DNA of 57,233 nt, filler included, from Bipalium vagum (taxonomy: Eukaryota), in the NCBI GenBank assembly GCA_037834085.1. It is 3 parts of 3 records of this genome, joined end to end, with 100 filler letters (N's around TTAATTAATTAA, not from the genome) between each part and the next. Parts side by side here need not be neighbours in the genome. Positions count along the whole stretch, not along the records: positions 17,982 to 39,061 come from JBBMKC010242280.1; positions 39,162 to 57,233 come from JBBMKC010041509.1; 1 more part is not named here. One strand, 5' to 3'. The notes beneath the pieces are model-generated. The model was given only the letters and a program-made list of their open reading frames with translations, made no database searches and was not told the origin of the DNA. Of this stretch, positions 26,651 through 39,564 are shown one piece after another (the stretch's first letter is position 1; each line of letters starts with the position of its first letter). The translations under genes and the position numbers were made by a program.

Positions 26651-27269
26651 ATATTTATTTCCCTAGAAATTTCTGAGAGAAAGCCCATAAGAACGATAAG
26701 AATATCTTTTTTCTTACTACGGAATAATTGTATATGATTTACAAAAATTTATAAATAAGAACCACCCGAAGTAACGATAAAACAATAATAAATATATCTT
26801 TTATTAAAGAATAAAATAATACCATGAATATAAAGTAATGATACTAGCATATGAAATATTTTCATAAAATGCCCATTTATTATGAAAATAAATAACAAAC
26901 TTAAAAATCTGTACCATCTGTAACTTAACTGTGATATTAGGAGTACTCATAAGTAATCAATTATTTAAGTGGAAAAGCAAAAAAAGAATTTAAATACATT
27001 TATTTCTATTTTTAATCGATTATATAATTTCCATCGTTGTCTAGGACCTTTTGTCATCTTGTTGGTAGAGTTTCAATTCCCCGGCCATAAAATTCTGTAT
27101 TATTTGAAGAGAAATATGATTCTCGGTGAGTTCGAACATTATCGGCATTTTTAAAATTTCAAGAATTTTTGCAGTAAAAAATAAAAAATATTTTAAATGC
27201 AAAAAATATAAATTAATTGATAATAAAAAATTATTTTATTTGATATTATTTTTATTGTTATAATTATTA

Positions 27270-28802
27270 CAGGTTGCGTGAAAAGTTAAGAAAGCAAAAA
27301 TGAAACAACTATGGATTATTTATTGAGTTTAACACGCTTAGTACTGTTTTTATATAATTCTGTCCGGTCTGAAGGGTGATTCTAGAAGGTTTGCAAAACT
27401 CAGGTCTACGGCTGGGCTACCATAGGTTCTTCATTGTATGGAAAACACTTCTACCGGAAAAATATTTTAGGTTTCTGAAAAGGTAGAAGTTATTGGGAAA
27501 CAAATCTGGTGAATAAGGTTCAAGAAAATAATAATTTAATCACTGATTTTCGTCATTGACTAAACCATTGATATTCAAAATCTTGATTATCCTAGTAAAA
27601 GATTTTATTTCTTCTGTAAGCCAGTTTTTTCTTTCGAATCATTGTATCCAAATGGTCTAACAGCTTTGTATAGTATTCATGGATACTACAGGGTGGCTCA
27701 AAAGTACTTTAATGATTTTAAATAATAGTAAAAAGTAAATATTCCAGACATGATTTTTCCATGACACCTGCTAAAACGTGCGGGTTTATTGATTTAATTT
27801 CGTCACGAATATTGTTCTTTAATTGTTGAATGGACTTTGGGTTATTAATATAAACTTTATCCTTCAGATATCTCCAAAGAAAATAATCTGGTGCTGATAA
27901 ATCTGGTGAACGAGAAGGCTAGTTGAATGTAGAATTTCTGGAAATTATCCGATTACAGAAAATCTTAAGAGTTCTATGGTACGTTTCGCCATGTGTGCGG
28001 TGGTTCCATCTTGTTGAAACCACATCAGTGTAGTTTTGCCTTTTTTTAGGTAATCTTTCAGCAGAATACCTTTGGCATCCACAAAATTGTTATTAAATTT
28101 TATACCATCTGTGTTCTCTTCAGCTACTTTGGAAATGAACATCCATATTTAATTCACTGTAGACGCTCTCGTTTCAATTTAAGATTAGGGTGACAAATCA
28201 AAGTTTCATGCATAGTTATAGAAGGATGCATTTATTTTTATTAAAAAGATCCAAGTGATGTTTACGAGTTTGCTTCCTATAAAAATTTGAATCGTTAAAG
28301 AATGCGACAACACTTATGCAAATCTTCTTTTAAAATGTGAAGAAATAGTTCATCTGAGATGAACAAAATTTCAGTAATGTCAAGTATAGTCACACACATG
28401 ATCTTCATATACTATTCTCATCAAGTCTTTCAATCTTTTCTGGTTTTGAAGCAGTTTTAGTACGTCCACGGCGTATATAACGTTAGATCTTTGTTGGACC
28501 ACGTTTGAGCAATAGAAAAAGAAGATACAGATCCTTGTAATACCTTAACTATTTTACTGTGAATTTCCGATGCGATTAATGCTCACAGAGCAAAAAATTT
28601 GATGACCGCGGAATACTCAATTTATTCCATACTAAAAATAATAAATGAAAAATTAAAGTCAAACATGTGCGAAGAAATAATACATTGGTTGATTAAAACA
28701 AAATTATAATTGTCTTAGTTGAGATATGATATTAATTTACAATCGAAATAATTGTTCTTAAATTGTTTTATGAGTTGCTTTTATAACTTTTCACTCAACC
28801 TT
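27270..28802 (-). mobile_element. Decayed mariner with both TIRs, interrupted by a nested element
   Basis: TIR caggttgcgtgaaaagttaagaaagcaa at 27270 and ttgcttttataacttttcactcaacctt ending 28802, TA flanks. N-terminus ME*IEYSAVIKFF (~28630) and PYSPDLFPNNFYLFRNLK (~27520). Confidence 0.85.
27689..28140 (-). mobile_element. Nested truncated rosa/DD41D-like transposon fragment
   Basis: TA + cagggtggctcaaaagtac terminus. Translation gives WFQQDGTTAH...SRSPDLSAPDYFLWRYLKDKVYINNPKSIQQLK. Confidence 0.75.
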
Positions 28803-29200
28803 TATACATTTTATTTTTAAAATAAAAATTGAATTTCAAAATTTTAATAATAAAATAATAATAATATTATTTTAAAGTAATTTTTTGATATTAAAATGTG
28901 ACCATCCACAAGATAATTACTTCAAATCCGTATCCTTAATGAAAATTTAGACTTTCAGAATTAAATCCTTAAAAGTAACAGAGAAATTTTTGTATATTGC
29001 TCGCAATCTAAATTCCAATAAAATCTATTTCTTCGAGACAAGATAATTACAGAGGGAAATTCTCCAAATAGGATCAAGGGATTTCTTATTAAAAATGGTT
29101 AAAAGTGATCAGATAAATATTGAGCAAGACAAAATTGAAACCCTATTAAATTTAGATCTTCCTGTACTAATCAATAAATTATGATAATTAATCAATGTAC

Positions 29201-29345
29201 TTGAAGAGGACTTTTTTCTTCCTCGAATACCAGGTGGAATCGGTGATATCGATCTCTTAGTGTAACTTAGATCACTTTTTACGATTTTCGGACCTTTATG
29301 ATCATTATTTGAAATATATCGGATTTTTGGATCATTCCCCTTTTC
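29201..29345 (-). CDS. Internal exon of the SxIP-motif protein (3' end uncertain)
   Basis: Follows a 49-bp GT-AG intron (29346-29394). EKGNDPKIRYISNNDHKGPKIVKSDLSYTKRSISPIPPGIRGRKKSSS. Phase-1 donors at 29200 or 29230 match the 24418 acceptor. Confidence 0.6.
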
Positions 29346-29394
29346 CTAATTATAACAATGATCACAATTTTTAAATAGACAAAATCAAATTCAC

Positions 29395-29517
29395 CATATA
29401 ACGATTTCCTCTAATGACAGTCGCAGTGGCAGAGCATTTAATGTCAGAATTAGCATTCTTTTCCATATGGTTTCCATCATTATAGGCAGATATAGGGTCT
29501 GTGCCTGATAGAAACGC
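29395..29517 (-). CDS. Internal 123-bp exon of the SxIP-motif protein
   Basis: Acceptor atttttag and donor gtgaat, phase 0-0. AFLSGTDPISAYNDGNHMEKNANSDIKCSATATVIRGNRYM. Confidence 0.7.
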
Positions 29518-30152
29518 CTAAAAATATTACAAAATTTTGAAATTATTTTTAGTTTCATATTTCAGAAAAGAAACTGCACAGGAAAAATTTTCAGATGACA
29601 AAAAATATATTCCTGAAAAATAATAGTTTTAAAGAAAACTACTTAGAGAAAGGATCCAATATCTTAAGAAAGATCCAGTTTACATTAAAATTAAAAGGAA
29701 AAAGGCAACTGCTACTGATTGAATCAAAATAAATATAATGATTATAACTTTCTGTGATTTTAGCTGCATCAACATAACTGACAACATGAGAAGACAGAGC
29801 TTAACAATCAAGAAGTAAGTTTTCACCTTGAAGAGATCCATCAAAATGAATGTTTTTGTTTGAATGCTTTGTATTTGTGTAGATTTTATCTTGCCAAGAT
29901 ATAAATGTTAATATTTATGAACGTTTTACATTGAACCAGTGGATGTTATAGAAAAATAGAGAAGAGTAATGGAATATTTGGAAAAGGTGAATGTGCACCT
30001 ATCCTAAGGAATGTTTCTTAAAATTCAAAAATGATGTAACCAATGTTAGACAATGGACAAAGGGATTTCCATAAGGAGAAACTAGTACACATGACAAATT
30101 TTAGAATGCCAAAATGAAATACATTTATGATCATGGTTTCAGGTTTTATCTA

Positions 30153-31367
30153 TTGAGTTGTTCGGAAAGTAATTACGGTTTTTTGATAAAAACCAAAGTC
30201 TTTTTTGTGGTAAACATATATTTTAATCAATTTCATATTGACCCTTTTGGTCCAACCCCCTTTGACATCTTTGGGGGAGTTGCAGAATTCCAAATTCATA
30301 GAAGTTTAAATCTTTATTAGTGAAAACCTGATCCAATTGATTTTTTCCTCATCATTGGAACTAAAACTTTACCATCTAAAAAATTTTGAAAGGACCGAAA
30401 GATGGTCCGAGATTTGGTGAATATGATGGATGGGGCAACAAATACCATCCAAGCTGTAACTTCTGCGAGTGTACAAACTTGTGTGAGGTCGGGCATTATC
30501 CTGCTGGAATACCACACATTTTAGATTAGTCCATCCTGGCGTTCTTTGCTTCATGGTTTCATTCAATTCGCCCAGTTGATTGCAGTACGCTATAGAATAT
30601 ATTGTTTTATTGTTTGGTAGAAGATCAAAGTAAATTATTCCTTTAAAATCCCAATAAACAGAGATCATTACTTTCTTTTGATGAATACTAGCTTTGGGAG
30701 TATTTTGACCCGACTCACCTTGTGTTCACCATGATCGTTTCCGTTTTACATTGTTGTTTAAATCCATTTCTTGTCACCGGTTAATAGACGCTTCAAAAAT
30801 GGATCATTTTTTTGAAATTGCAGAAGCAAATCACAAATATCAATACAACGCACCAAATCTCGTTCTTTAAGAAATTGAGGTACCCATATATTCAGGTTTG
30901 AAACAAGACCTATCCTTTTCAAATGATTATGAACAGTTGAATTCCATAAACTTAATGTCGTGTTGTAATTTGTCTGTTGTCTTCTAAAAATACAATTATC
31001 TTACTTTCAGCCTTGAGTGGTCTGCCACTAAGTGGTGCGTCTCCAAGATCGAAATTACTGGAACGCAATTTTTTTAAACCAGTATTGACAGAACATCATC
31101 TCCATAAACGTCTATAATTTTTTTCCTTACTTCATTTGCATTTTTACCTTTACGGAAATAAAAAGTAATAAATGTCTGAAATGGGTCTTTTCTACATTCA
31201 TTTCAAATGTGTAACCTAGAAAAATACATGACATTTGAAAAAAATTAAAAACATATCATTTATTAAAATCTGTAGGAACGATAACAATTAAAAATTATTT
31301 TTATTGGTTTAAAATATGAAGAAAATATGTACTTTCAAAAAACGCAATTAGTTTCCGAACAACCTAA
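30153..31367 (-). mobile_element. Near full-length mariner (DD34D-type) with disrupted transposase, intronic
   Basis: TIRs ttgagttgttcggaaagtaattacggtttttt and aaaaaacgcaattagtttccgaacaacctaa with TA TSDs. MNVEKTHFRHL start (~31201), NVKRKRSW, YWDFKGIIYFDLLP and VFQQDNARPH, with many frameshifts. Confidence 0.92.
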
Positions 31368-31840
31368 TAAAAAGCCAGAAATTAAAAGCTAATCAATAGA
31401 ATCGACATCTGACCTCATCTACTTGGATCTCGATTTGTTTTATTAAATTAAGTTAGATTAGCCGGAAAGTCTTTCGGTTTTTGTATTACGGAAGATGTTA
31501 ATAATCTTTTTGTATTTATGAGTGCAATAAACAGTAAATGTACTTTTTTTTATTATAGTATATCCTAGTATAGTATCTAGGTTGTACAGTATATATGTAT
31601 ATAGCAAAAGATTGTGGTGCATAAATAAAAAAATTATCCAACTGAAGGCAATACTTGTTAATACACTTGTAAATTAGAAAACATGAAATGAAATATTGAA
31701 ATATTAATTGATTTCACAACTTTATTAATGATTTTTAATATTTGCTACACATTTAATTTAATTTGAATTAAATAATAAATATGAAAAAACATTTACTCCT
31801 TTTCAAAATATTTATTCATTTTTTAATATATTTAATCAAC

Positions 31841-31898
<58 letters not shown>
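31841..31898. repeat. (AAT)n microsatellite
   Basis: About 19 consecutive TAA/AAT units. Confidence 0.95.
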
Positions 31899-32199
31899 CT
31901 TTATTTTTAAAGATGTTAAGTAAAGAAAATGTATAATAATATAAGGAATATGTATAATAATTTTTAGTGGTGTTTTTTATCTAAAATGGATAATAATAAT
32001 AATAGTAATAATAATAAAATAACTCTCCAATCAGAAAATACTTGAGGAATTCAAAATGATTTCTGATTGTCAAGATCAAAACAGAGATTCACCGAAATCT
32101 CTTCAAATATAATGAGTTCTCAACAAATTAAAAAAAATAGGCTCAAAGTGACCACAAGTTAAAATTTGAGTAAACTGTTGAAATTTTTTTGCAAACCTC

Positions 32200-33233
32200 G
32201 AAGAAAACCAGTATATTCCAGCTCGAGAAATTGCGCAAAGTTTGGGCATTGCATATTCTACAGTTGTGAAATGCTTAAAGAATCTTTGAATGACAAAAAA
32301 GATGGATATTTTTTGAGTGATGATTTCTGAGAAGGTCGTCCAAAAACAAGTGAAAATATTGAAGTTGGTCGGAAATTAATCGAAGAAGATCATCGGACAA
32401 CATATGATGAAATTCAGACATCATTGAACATATATCGGACTTTAATTCATTCCATTTTACATGAACACTTTGGTGTCAGAAAGATATGTTCTCGTTGGAC
32501 TCCGCATATCCTTAAAATTGATCAAAAACGAGATCGCATTAATTGATCCGAAGCTATGGTTGATAAATTTAAGCAGGGAACCTCAAAATATGTTATCACA
32601 TTGTCAGTGGCGATAAATCATGAAAAAACTCATATGAACACAAAACATAGTAGCAGTTAACTGTTTGGATGCTTCACGGAGAAAAATTACCAACTAAAAT
32701 TGTTCGATCCTGGAACACCTCCAAGCAAATGGTTACCAGTTTCATACCCAAATCAGGCAATATCGCTATCATTCTTATAGATGATCATCTCATGGTTACT
32801 TCGAATTGGTATACCACTGTTTGCATGCCTGAAGTCCTCTAAGAATAAAGAAAAAACAACTCGAAACGATTCATTATGATAATCCCATACAGCCCATAAA
32901 AGAATCAATTTTTTGAGCACTCAAAACGTTGAAATATTAAGCCATCCATCTCATAGTCCTGATTTGGCACCAATTGAGTTCGTCACAACCATCAAAAAAA
33001 TTGCATGGACAGCGGTTTTCATGTTCCGAACAGGTTGTAGAAGCATTCAAATCACTTGTTTCGAATTATGGAATAAATGAACTTCGGATTGGAATAAATG
33101 TCTCAATGACTGGTTTGACAGAATTCAAAAGTGTATCGATTGTGACGGTGAATACTTCGAAAAACAAAGATGTTAATTATTATAATAAATATATGTTTGC
33201 GTGTCATTCCAGAAACTTTTCAACTGACTTATG
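32200..33233 (+). mobile_element. Decayed mariner transposase(s): a short fragment fused to a 5'-truncated copy with right TIR
   Basis: IAQSLGIAYSTVVKCLKNL..KKMD, then EGRPKT...LHEHFGVRKICSRWTPHIL (WVPHEL-like), HPSHSPDLAP and CIDCDGEYFEK. TIR-like tccagaaacttttcaactgacttatg. Confidence 0.85.
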
Positions 33234-33362
33234 CATGAGTTTTAAATTAATCAATAAATGAATTAGGATAGGAAAACCTCAACAAAGAAAATCGAAGTTG
33301 ATAAAGATTATCTTAGTAAATAAAAAAATAAAGATGGAAATGATAATTTATTCATTTCTTAC

Positions 33363-34277
33363 CTTTTCATCTTTCCCCAGGCCATCAAAAGATGTACTTG
33401 ATCGTTGTTGCGATTCATGCATAACGTCTATCAGATCTTCGTTGGTAAAATCATCGTCAGTAAAGTCTCCGGAACCGAAATCTTGAGAGGTGGGGTTACG
33501 ACAACAAGCGGCATCGATTTCCATGCTACTGGAGATATCGAGCAAAAAATCATCGTCCAACAAATCATTTATCTCTATCAATTCCAGAGTATTCGTTTCG
33601 GAAACCTGGTCGATCTGTTGACTTAACTTTCTAGAATCTTTGATTGAGTACGTGTTATTGTCAATGGAAGCGTCACTATATTGAGATTGATAAAATTGAA
33701 CTGCTTCTTCATAAGGATAGCCCTTTGAGCTGTAAAAACTCCTTGAATTCTCGTCAGGATCATTGTTTATCAAAAAGGAATGACGTTTCTTGGACTCTTT
33801 TAAAAATTGTTGTACTTTGTAACTATATCCCATTTCATCTTGGATTTTTTCTCTTTGCCTCTTATTTACCTCAACAACAGAGCTGTAATCACAGACTGAT
33901 CTCAGTTCCGAGTTCGATTTTGACTTTGGATAAGAAGTGAACGATCGTTCAAAAGTTGATTTATTGGTACTTCGCACACCCCCGAACGGCTTCGAAATCG
34001 GAATAAGAGACTTTCTGGCTTCTGAAGCCTTTGACTTTTTTATCATGGTCGGTATTCCGGATCTGGAAAGAGGTTTATTATCTGCATGAGATTTCGAACC
34101 ATGTTCACTGTCCTTTGAGATATTTGATGAGTCCAGTAGCGAATTATAACTATTATCCCTTGTTTGAAATTTTTGGGTCCAAGTGTCATTCTGTTCCTTT
34201 TCATTTGTGAAATGGGGTAGAATCTTGAATTTATTTTGATTGATAAAATTTTCACTATGTTGTTCTTCCTCATTGTT
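33363..34277 (-). CDS. Large 915-bp (305-codon) exon of a disordered Ser/Lys/Asp-rich SxIP-motif protein
   Basis: Acceptor ttttattgatctag (34278) and donor gtaaga (33362), phase 0-0. One uninterrupted frame NNEEEQHSENF...LSRSGIPTMIKKSK...RKSLIPISKP...DGLGKDEK extends the 232-aa ORF upstream. The 76-aa ORF 34043..34273 is the wrong frame. Possible start ATG at 34463-34461 directly followed by a GT donor. Confidence 0.8.
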
Positions 34278-35695
34278 CTAGATCAATAAAAGTGCAGTTT
34301 GAACATCAAATGACAAAAAATAATAAAAATATTCAATTTTTTTCATAAATTGTATCAAAACCACCAATAATTATTTTAATTAAGATAAATGTGTTTTTCT
34401 TAGTCACGAAGCCGATCCTTAGAATTCCTCATATTATTCATTTATTTGATAATAATCTACCATCGTAAATCCCTAAGAATTGAGTGACTGTACAGACAAA
34501 ACCGGTGCGCTATTAATAAAATGTGCTTTTATTTTTTAACAAATTCGGAAATCTAAAGGGAATTTTTGATATTTCTAAATCACAAAAAACCAAAAACATT
34601 AGAAAAAATTAAATAAAAGTTCAATAAAAATTTATGTTCATTATTAATCTAATTCGATTTTGTATGGTAACAAAAATTGCCCTTTGGTAGAAAAATTAAA
34701 AAAATGACCGTAATACATTAAAAATAGTTTTTAGGGCCATAAAATGAATTTCGAAAAATGAACATTGGCAATTAAGAAAAGTATGTTATTTTATTGATTT
34801 TTTATTAGGTCGATACATAATTAATGTTTTTTAAGGAAACCCTTAAACAACAAAATATGACACAGAACATGTATATTAATTAAATACAAAGTACCATTTT
34901 TGTTTTTACAATGTCATTTCATTTATAATGTAACAAATTTTTCTTGTGATGCTCATTTTGTAAAGAGCTTAAAAAAATTCTTCTGGTTAATAAATTTTCT
35001 CATTTTTATTTTTTTTACCATTATTAAAAGAAAACTTAAGTAATTTAATAAAAACGTCATCATGAAAAAATATTTTCTTTCAAAAATGTGTCAAAATTTG
35101 ATTGTCAATCCAGAAATCCAAGAACTTGCCGATTTATTTTTTCAAGATTTATTTTTCTCGCATCTCAAAACTTAAACCATCTGGTGTCACATTAAACACT
35201 CTTAAATGACATTGTGAATTCGCATTCAACGCAAATTTTTTCATGTGGAACTGACTATTTTCTCCTTAGCCATTCAAACAAATCAAAATTATTGAAAACT
35301 GCTAATGTATCCAAAAAATAAGGGATCCATTTTATTATCTATTATAATGTAGTCAATTAAATCTGACAACATAATAGTGAATTTTCTCAATTCTATTATT
35401 TTTTTATTATTTAAATAATGGATTTAACCGAAAAAATTGATATATTTGTATTACAAATTCCAGTAAAATATTTTTTTCAAAAATCGTTTTTATTTAATTT
35501 TATATTATTTTAATTGTGTACTATTTTTAAATATTTTATTGTAAAATTTTTTAAAATTTTGTGATAATTGATAAAAAGCTAATATACAATGTTTGGAATC
35601 TAGAAATTTAATAATAATATTTTTATTATTATTATCAACCATTTAATTAATCTTAAATCGATTTATCATCATTATAATAAAAGAACTTTGAAATA

Positions 35696-36671
35696 CGGAG
35701 TCATCCATAAGTAACCATGATTTATTTTTTAAAAAAATGTAATAATTTATTTAGATACAAAAGTTACATATGGAAAATAATATTTTCTAAATGACCTCCT
35801 CTGACTGCCTTACACTCACGTGCTATTTTGATAGTATTTTACATCACTTTTCTTATGATTCCGAGGAAATATATAGAACACCCTTCTGAATATTTTGTTT
35901 GAGGTCCATAAGAATACTTGGTTTATTAGCATAGGCCATGTCCTTCAAGGACTCACATAGAAAAAGTCCGGGGCTGTTAAATCTGACAATCTTGAGAGCC
36001 AATCAATGTCTCCGGATTTACAGATTAACCGATCCGGAAACAGAGATCTTTAAAAAGCCATTATTGCGTTGGCAGTACAACATGTAACCCAATCCTATTG
36101 AAACCACATGTTTACTAACTTCAATGCCTTTAATTGCGGAGCTAAAAAGTTGCTAATCATCTTCCGACAGTAATTGTTCTGTTATCGATATCCTCAAAAA
36201 CATACGGGCCAAGAACACCACCGTCCCAATTATAGCACCAAACCGTGAGGCGTGAAGGGTGCAATGGATTTTCACTTACAGATAAGGGATTTTCTGTACT
36301 CCATATTCGACAATTTTGCTTATTCACATACCCATGTAATGGAAATGTGCTTCATCACTCATTATCAAATTCCGCAGAAAATCAACATTCTGAACATGAA
36401 GCATTAATATGGAATTGCTGTAATTCAAACGTTTTTGGTTGTCTATAATTTTCAATTTATGAACCAATTGAATCTTGTATGGTTTCATATGTTGATAAAC
36501 AATTTTCATAATAGCTTTTCACGGTGCTGACTCGTTTGATTGTGTAATTTTTCATGATGAAATTTTATAATAATGTATGAGGAATATATAAACAGATCAT
36601 TGAATGCTAAAATTAAAAATTAATAATAATTCATTAAATCTAAAACAATCAATTAATTATGGATGACTCTA
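35696..36671 (-). mobile_element. rosa/DD41D Tc1-mariner element, internally deleted, with TIRs
   Basis: TIRs cggagtcatccataa / ttatggatgactcta with TA flanks. IMSDEAHFHY, and WFQ*D...SDLTAPDF with 41 residues between the 2nd and 3rd catalytic Asp (counted by hand). Confidence 0.85.
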
Positions 36672-37315
36672 TAAATTATAAATATTAGATGTACTGAGAA
36701 TTATTATAGAGGTCTGTTAAAATAAAAATATTTAATATTTATTTAATTGGATATAATTAATTAATATTTATTAATTAACAATTCTTTTTGATTTCGTATT
36801 TATTTAGCCAAATTTTAGACTGGCCTTAATTTCTTCTCCAATCCATTAAAATATCTATCCTCAAATTTTTGTATTTCTTATTTGAAAATGTAACAAAAAT
36901 AATTTTTTAAAATTAAAACAAAATATTCATGAAAATGCCGAATGATTTTCGATGTTGGAATCAAATGCAGGAAATCGGAAATTTGAGAGATGATTTTTTA
37001 TTAAATATAAAATAAAAGTAATTTGATAAGGAATCAAAATCAGGCGGATTTTTTCACTCACTACCTTTTTCAAACGGCTATTTTGACAACTTATACAATC
37101 CACTTTTGAAATACCTTCTACAATTTACCACCTCTAATTTTTTCCTATAAATAAAAAATCATACACATTTTTAAGGCTTTATTCTAATTTTTTCCACTTT
37201 TCTATATTACATTTTAAAATATTTGTTTTAATAATATCGAAATTTAAATTTTATTGGGTTTGAGTATAAATCTATTTATTTCTATATTTTAATAAATTTA
37301 TTTCTTAGTCTAATA

Positions 37316-37690
37316 ATGAAAAGCGAAAGCATATCTTTAAAAGAAAAAATAGAAATATTAGAATATTGTAAGAAAAAGTCTATTATAAAGCATACTAGGG
37401 TGCGGAAATATTTTCACTCAAATTTTCCAAGAAAGTTAATAGAAGATCAATAAAGAATTATTTAGATAATGAAAAGAAAATTATAGAAGCCTTTTCATCC
37501 AATGATAAATTTAAAGAAATTGGTTGCAGGTTAAAGGAATGGATTGATATGGTCGAAATGAGTGGAGGGATTTATAACAATGCTATATTACAAACAAAAG
37601 CATTAAAATAATCTCAGACATTAACGCTTCTGTTGAAATTGCTGATAATTCAAAGCAGGTATTTAAGGCATCAAATGGATGGTTATGTCT
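37316..37690 (+). mobile_element. pogo/Tigger (CENP-B-like) transposase N-terminal remnant
   Basis: MKSESISLKEKIEILEY (psq-type HTH), LKEWIDMVE, ILQTKALK and FKASNGWL. Confidence 0.8.
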
Positions 37691-37815
37691 CATTATACCA
37701 GGATAAACGAGGTGATCAAATTTATCTAATTATTGAAACATGATCGAAGAAACTTCATCGAAAGAAATTCTATAATCCATATACTTCATCAAGACACTTC
37801 CAAAAATGATATATA

Positions 37816-38480
37816 TTAGGTTGTTCAAAAAGACGTCTTATTTGTCTTAGTCATATATTAAACATTTTTTTCACAATTTATCTATTTTTATTTCTTTATC
37901 ATTTTAAAGTGCACATTTCATTCTACATTTGCGTAAATTTAACTTGTTGATTTAAGTTAAAATAATATATTTAGTAATTATAGAACTCCCCTGGAAAACT
38001 TCCCCAATTTCATCATATTATTTTTAACTAGGCCACAAAAAAGCGAAAACAAGTCGTAACATCAACAGTGTAATAAAAAAAGGAATAACAAATAAATGCA
38101 TGTTTTAAAGCTGGCTAAAAAATTTTCTCAGTGGAGATAATATGCAATACGCTGATATGGTCGTGTGCAAAAGATTATCATTGAAAAGGACAAATTGAAG
38201 TATTTGGTGGAGGCCAATTCATGTAGAACAATTTGAAGAAATAAATGTTTCTATTGGAACAACTTGGGAGAAATTAGTAGATAAAAAAGTTGGACAGATG
38301 CGTTCCTCATCATTTGAACAAAACCAGAAAAATCGTCGATTTGAAGTTGTCTCAACTCTCATTTTGCGAAACAATAATGGTATCTTTCTCCACCTTAGTA
38401 AAAGCGATAAAAATTTGATTAGTTCAGATCAATGGTTAGAAAATGATTACGGTGCACAAAAATCGAATTTACATCAACCT
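37816..38480 (+). mobile_element. 5' half of an Hsmar1/cecropia-like mariner
   Basis: TA + ttaggttgttcaaaa TIR. Remnants LGHKKAKTSRNIN, LVEANSCRT, QNQKNRRFEV and QWL...KSNLHQ. Confidence 0.75.
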
Positions 38481-39029
38481 TAATAATCTTAGGAAGCATG
38501 AAGAAATTGGTAATCCTCTAGAAGTTAAGTGAAACACGAAATGTAATGTTATTAAAGAAGAACCAGAACGATTAATAAAAGGTTTAAAATCAAAATATTT
38601 CAATATATTATTTTTGCTTAGGTATTGTGACAAAATCTTTCTAACGGTGTTACTTTAGTTTCAATTTTACCACAAAATGGTAATTGACTGATTTCCTGAG
38701 TCTATCTTTTTCTCCAAGGGAAATTGATACCCGTCCAACCGAAACCGTTTCGGATATGTTTCATTTGGTTAGATATTTATTTCCCACGTAAGTGTGGTAG
38801 AAATTAAAATACTAAAGCTACATATAAGTGACAGTTATATAGACTCAGGAATTACATCACATCAGATTTTTAGTCACCCATCCAAACAATTTTTTTTCCA
38901 TTTTTTGGACATCATGATAATAAAGATAAAATTAATAATAGCAATAATAATAATTATTATTATTATTAATAATTAAGTAAAGTTATCTCCGTATTCTTCA
39001 ATGGAAGCGCTTTTAATCTAATTTATTAT

Positions 39030-39061
<32 letters not shown>

Positions 39062-39161
39062 NNNNNNNNNNNNNNNNNNNNNNNNNNNNNNNNNNNNNNN
39101 NNNNNTTAATTAATTAANNNNNNNNNNNNNNNNNNNNNNNNNNNNNNNNNNNNNNNNNNNN
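39062..39161. other. Artificial contig spacer (44 N + TTAATTAATTAA + 44 N)
   Basis: Identical to the 17882-17981 spacer; preceded by an (AAT)n run at the contig end. Confidence 0.97.
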
Positions 39162-39533
39162 ATAATATTAATACGGTTTAATTTTAAAATGTCCAGATTA
39201 TCGTTGTACATCTTCAATAGCTAATTACTTTATATTAACATTCCAACAAACACCAACAAAGTTAAAATTTATACATTTTTCTACGTGTCCCTAGTAGTTA
39301 TATAAGCCAGACTTTAAGGAAAGATCACGAAATTCTTTTTTTATTTTTGAGGGAGTCGACAGGCGACAGAATTTGTTCACAGATATTTCGAAAAGGAATT
39401 TTTGTTATCAATAGAGATTTCATAAAATATGAATAAAATATATATATTGTGATTGAATATTGAATTAAATACAATTTGAATTTTTAATCAATTAATTTAA
39501 ATGATTAATCTATATCATAAAGTATTTTTTACA

Positions 39534-39564
39534 AAATGCGACATTTCTTATGGCTCACCTTAAT
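39534..39564. mobile_element. Isolated mariner-type TIR
   Basis: aaaatgcgacatttcttatggctcaccttaa + TA resembles the mariner TIRs at 11361-11389 and 31337-31367. Confidence 0.45.

Noticed and set aside
34043-34273. 76-aa ORF as a separate gene or programmed frameshift
   Set aside because: Another frame is open and continuous with the 232-aa ORF from the acceptor at 34278.
38640-38930. piggyBac remnant (FFFHFLDI, RLDG)
   Set aside because: The motifs are short, lie on opposite strands, and have no TTAA-flanked TIRs.
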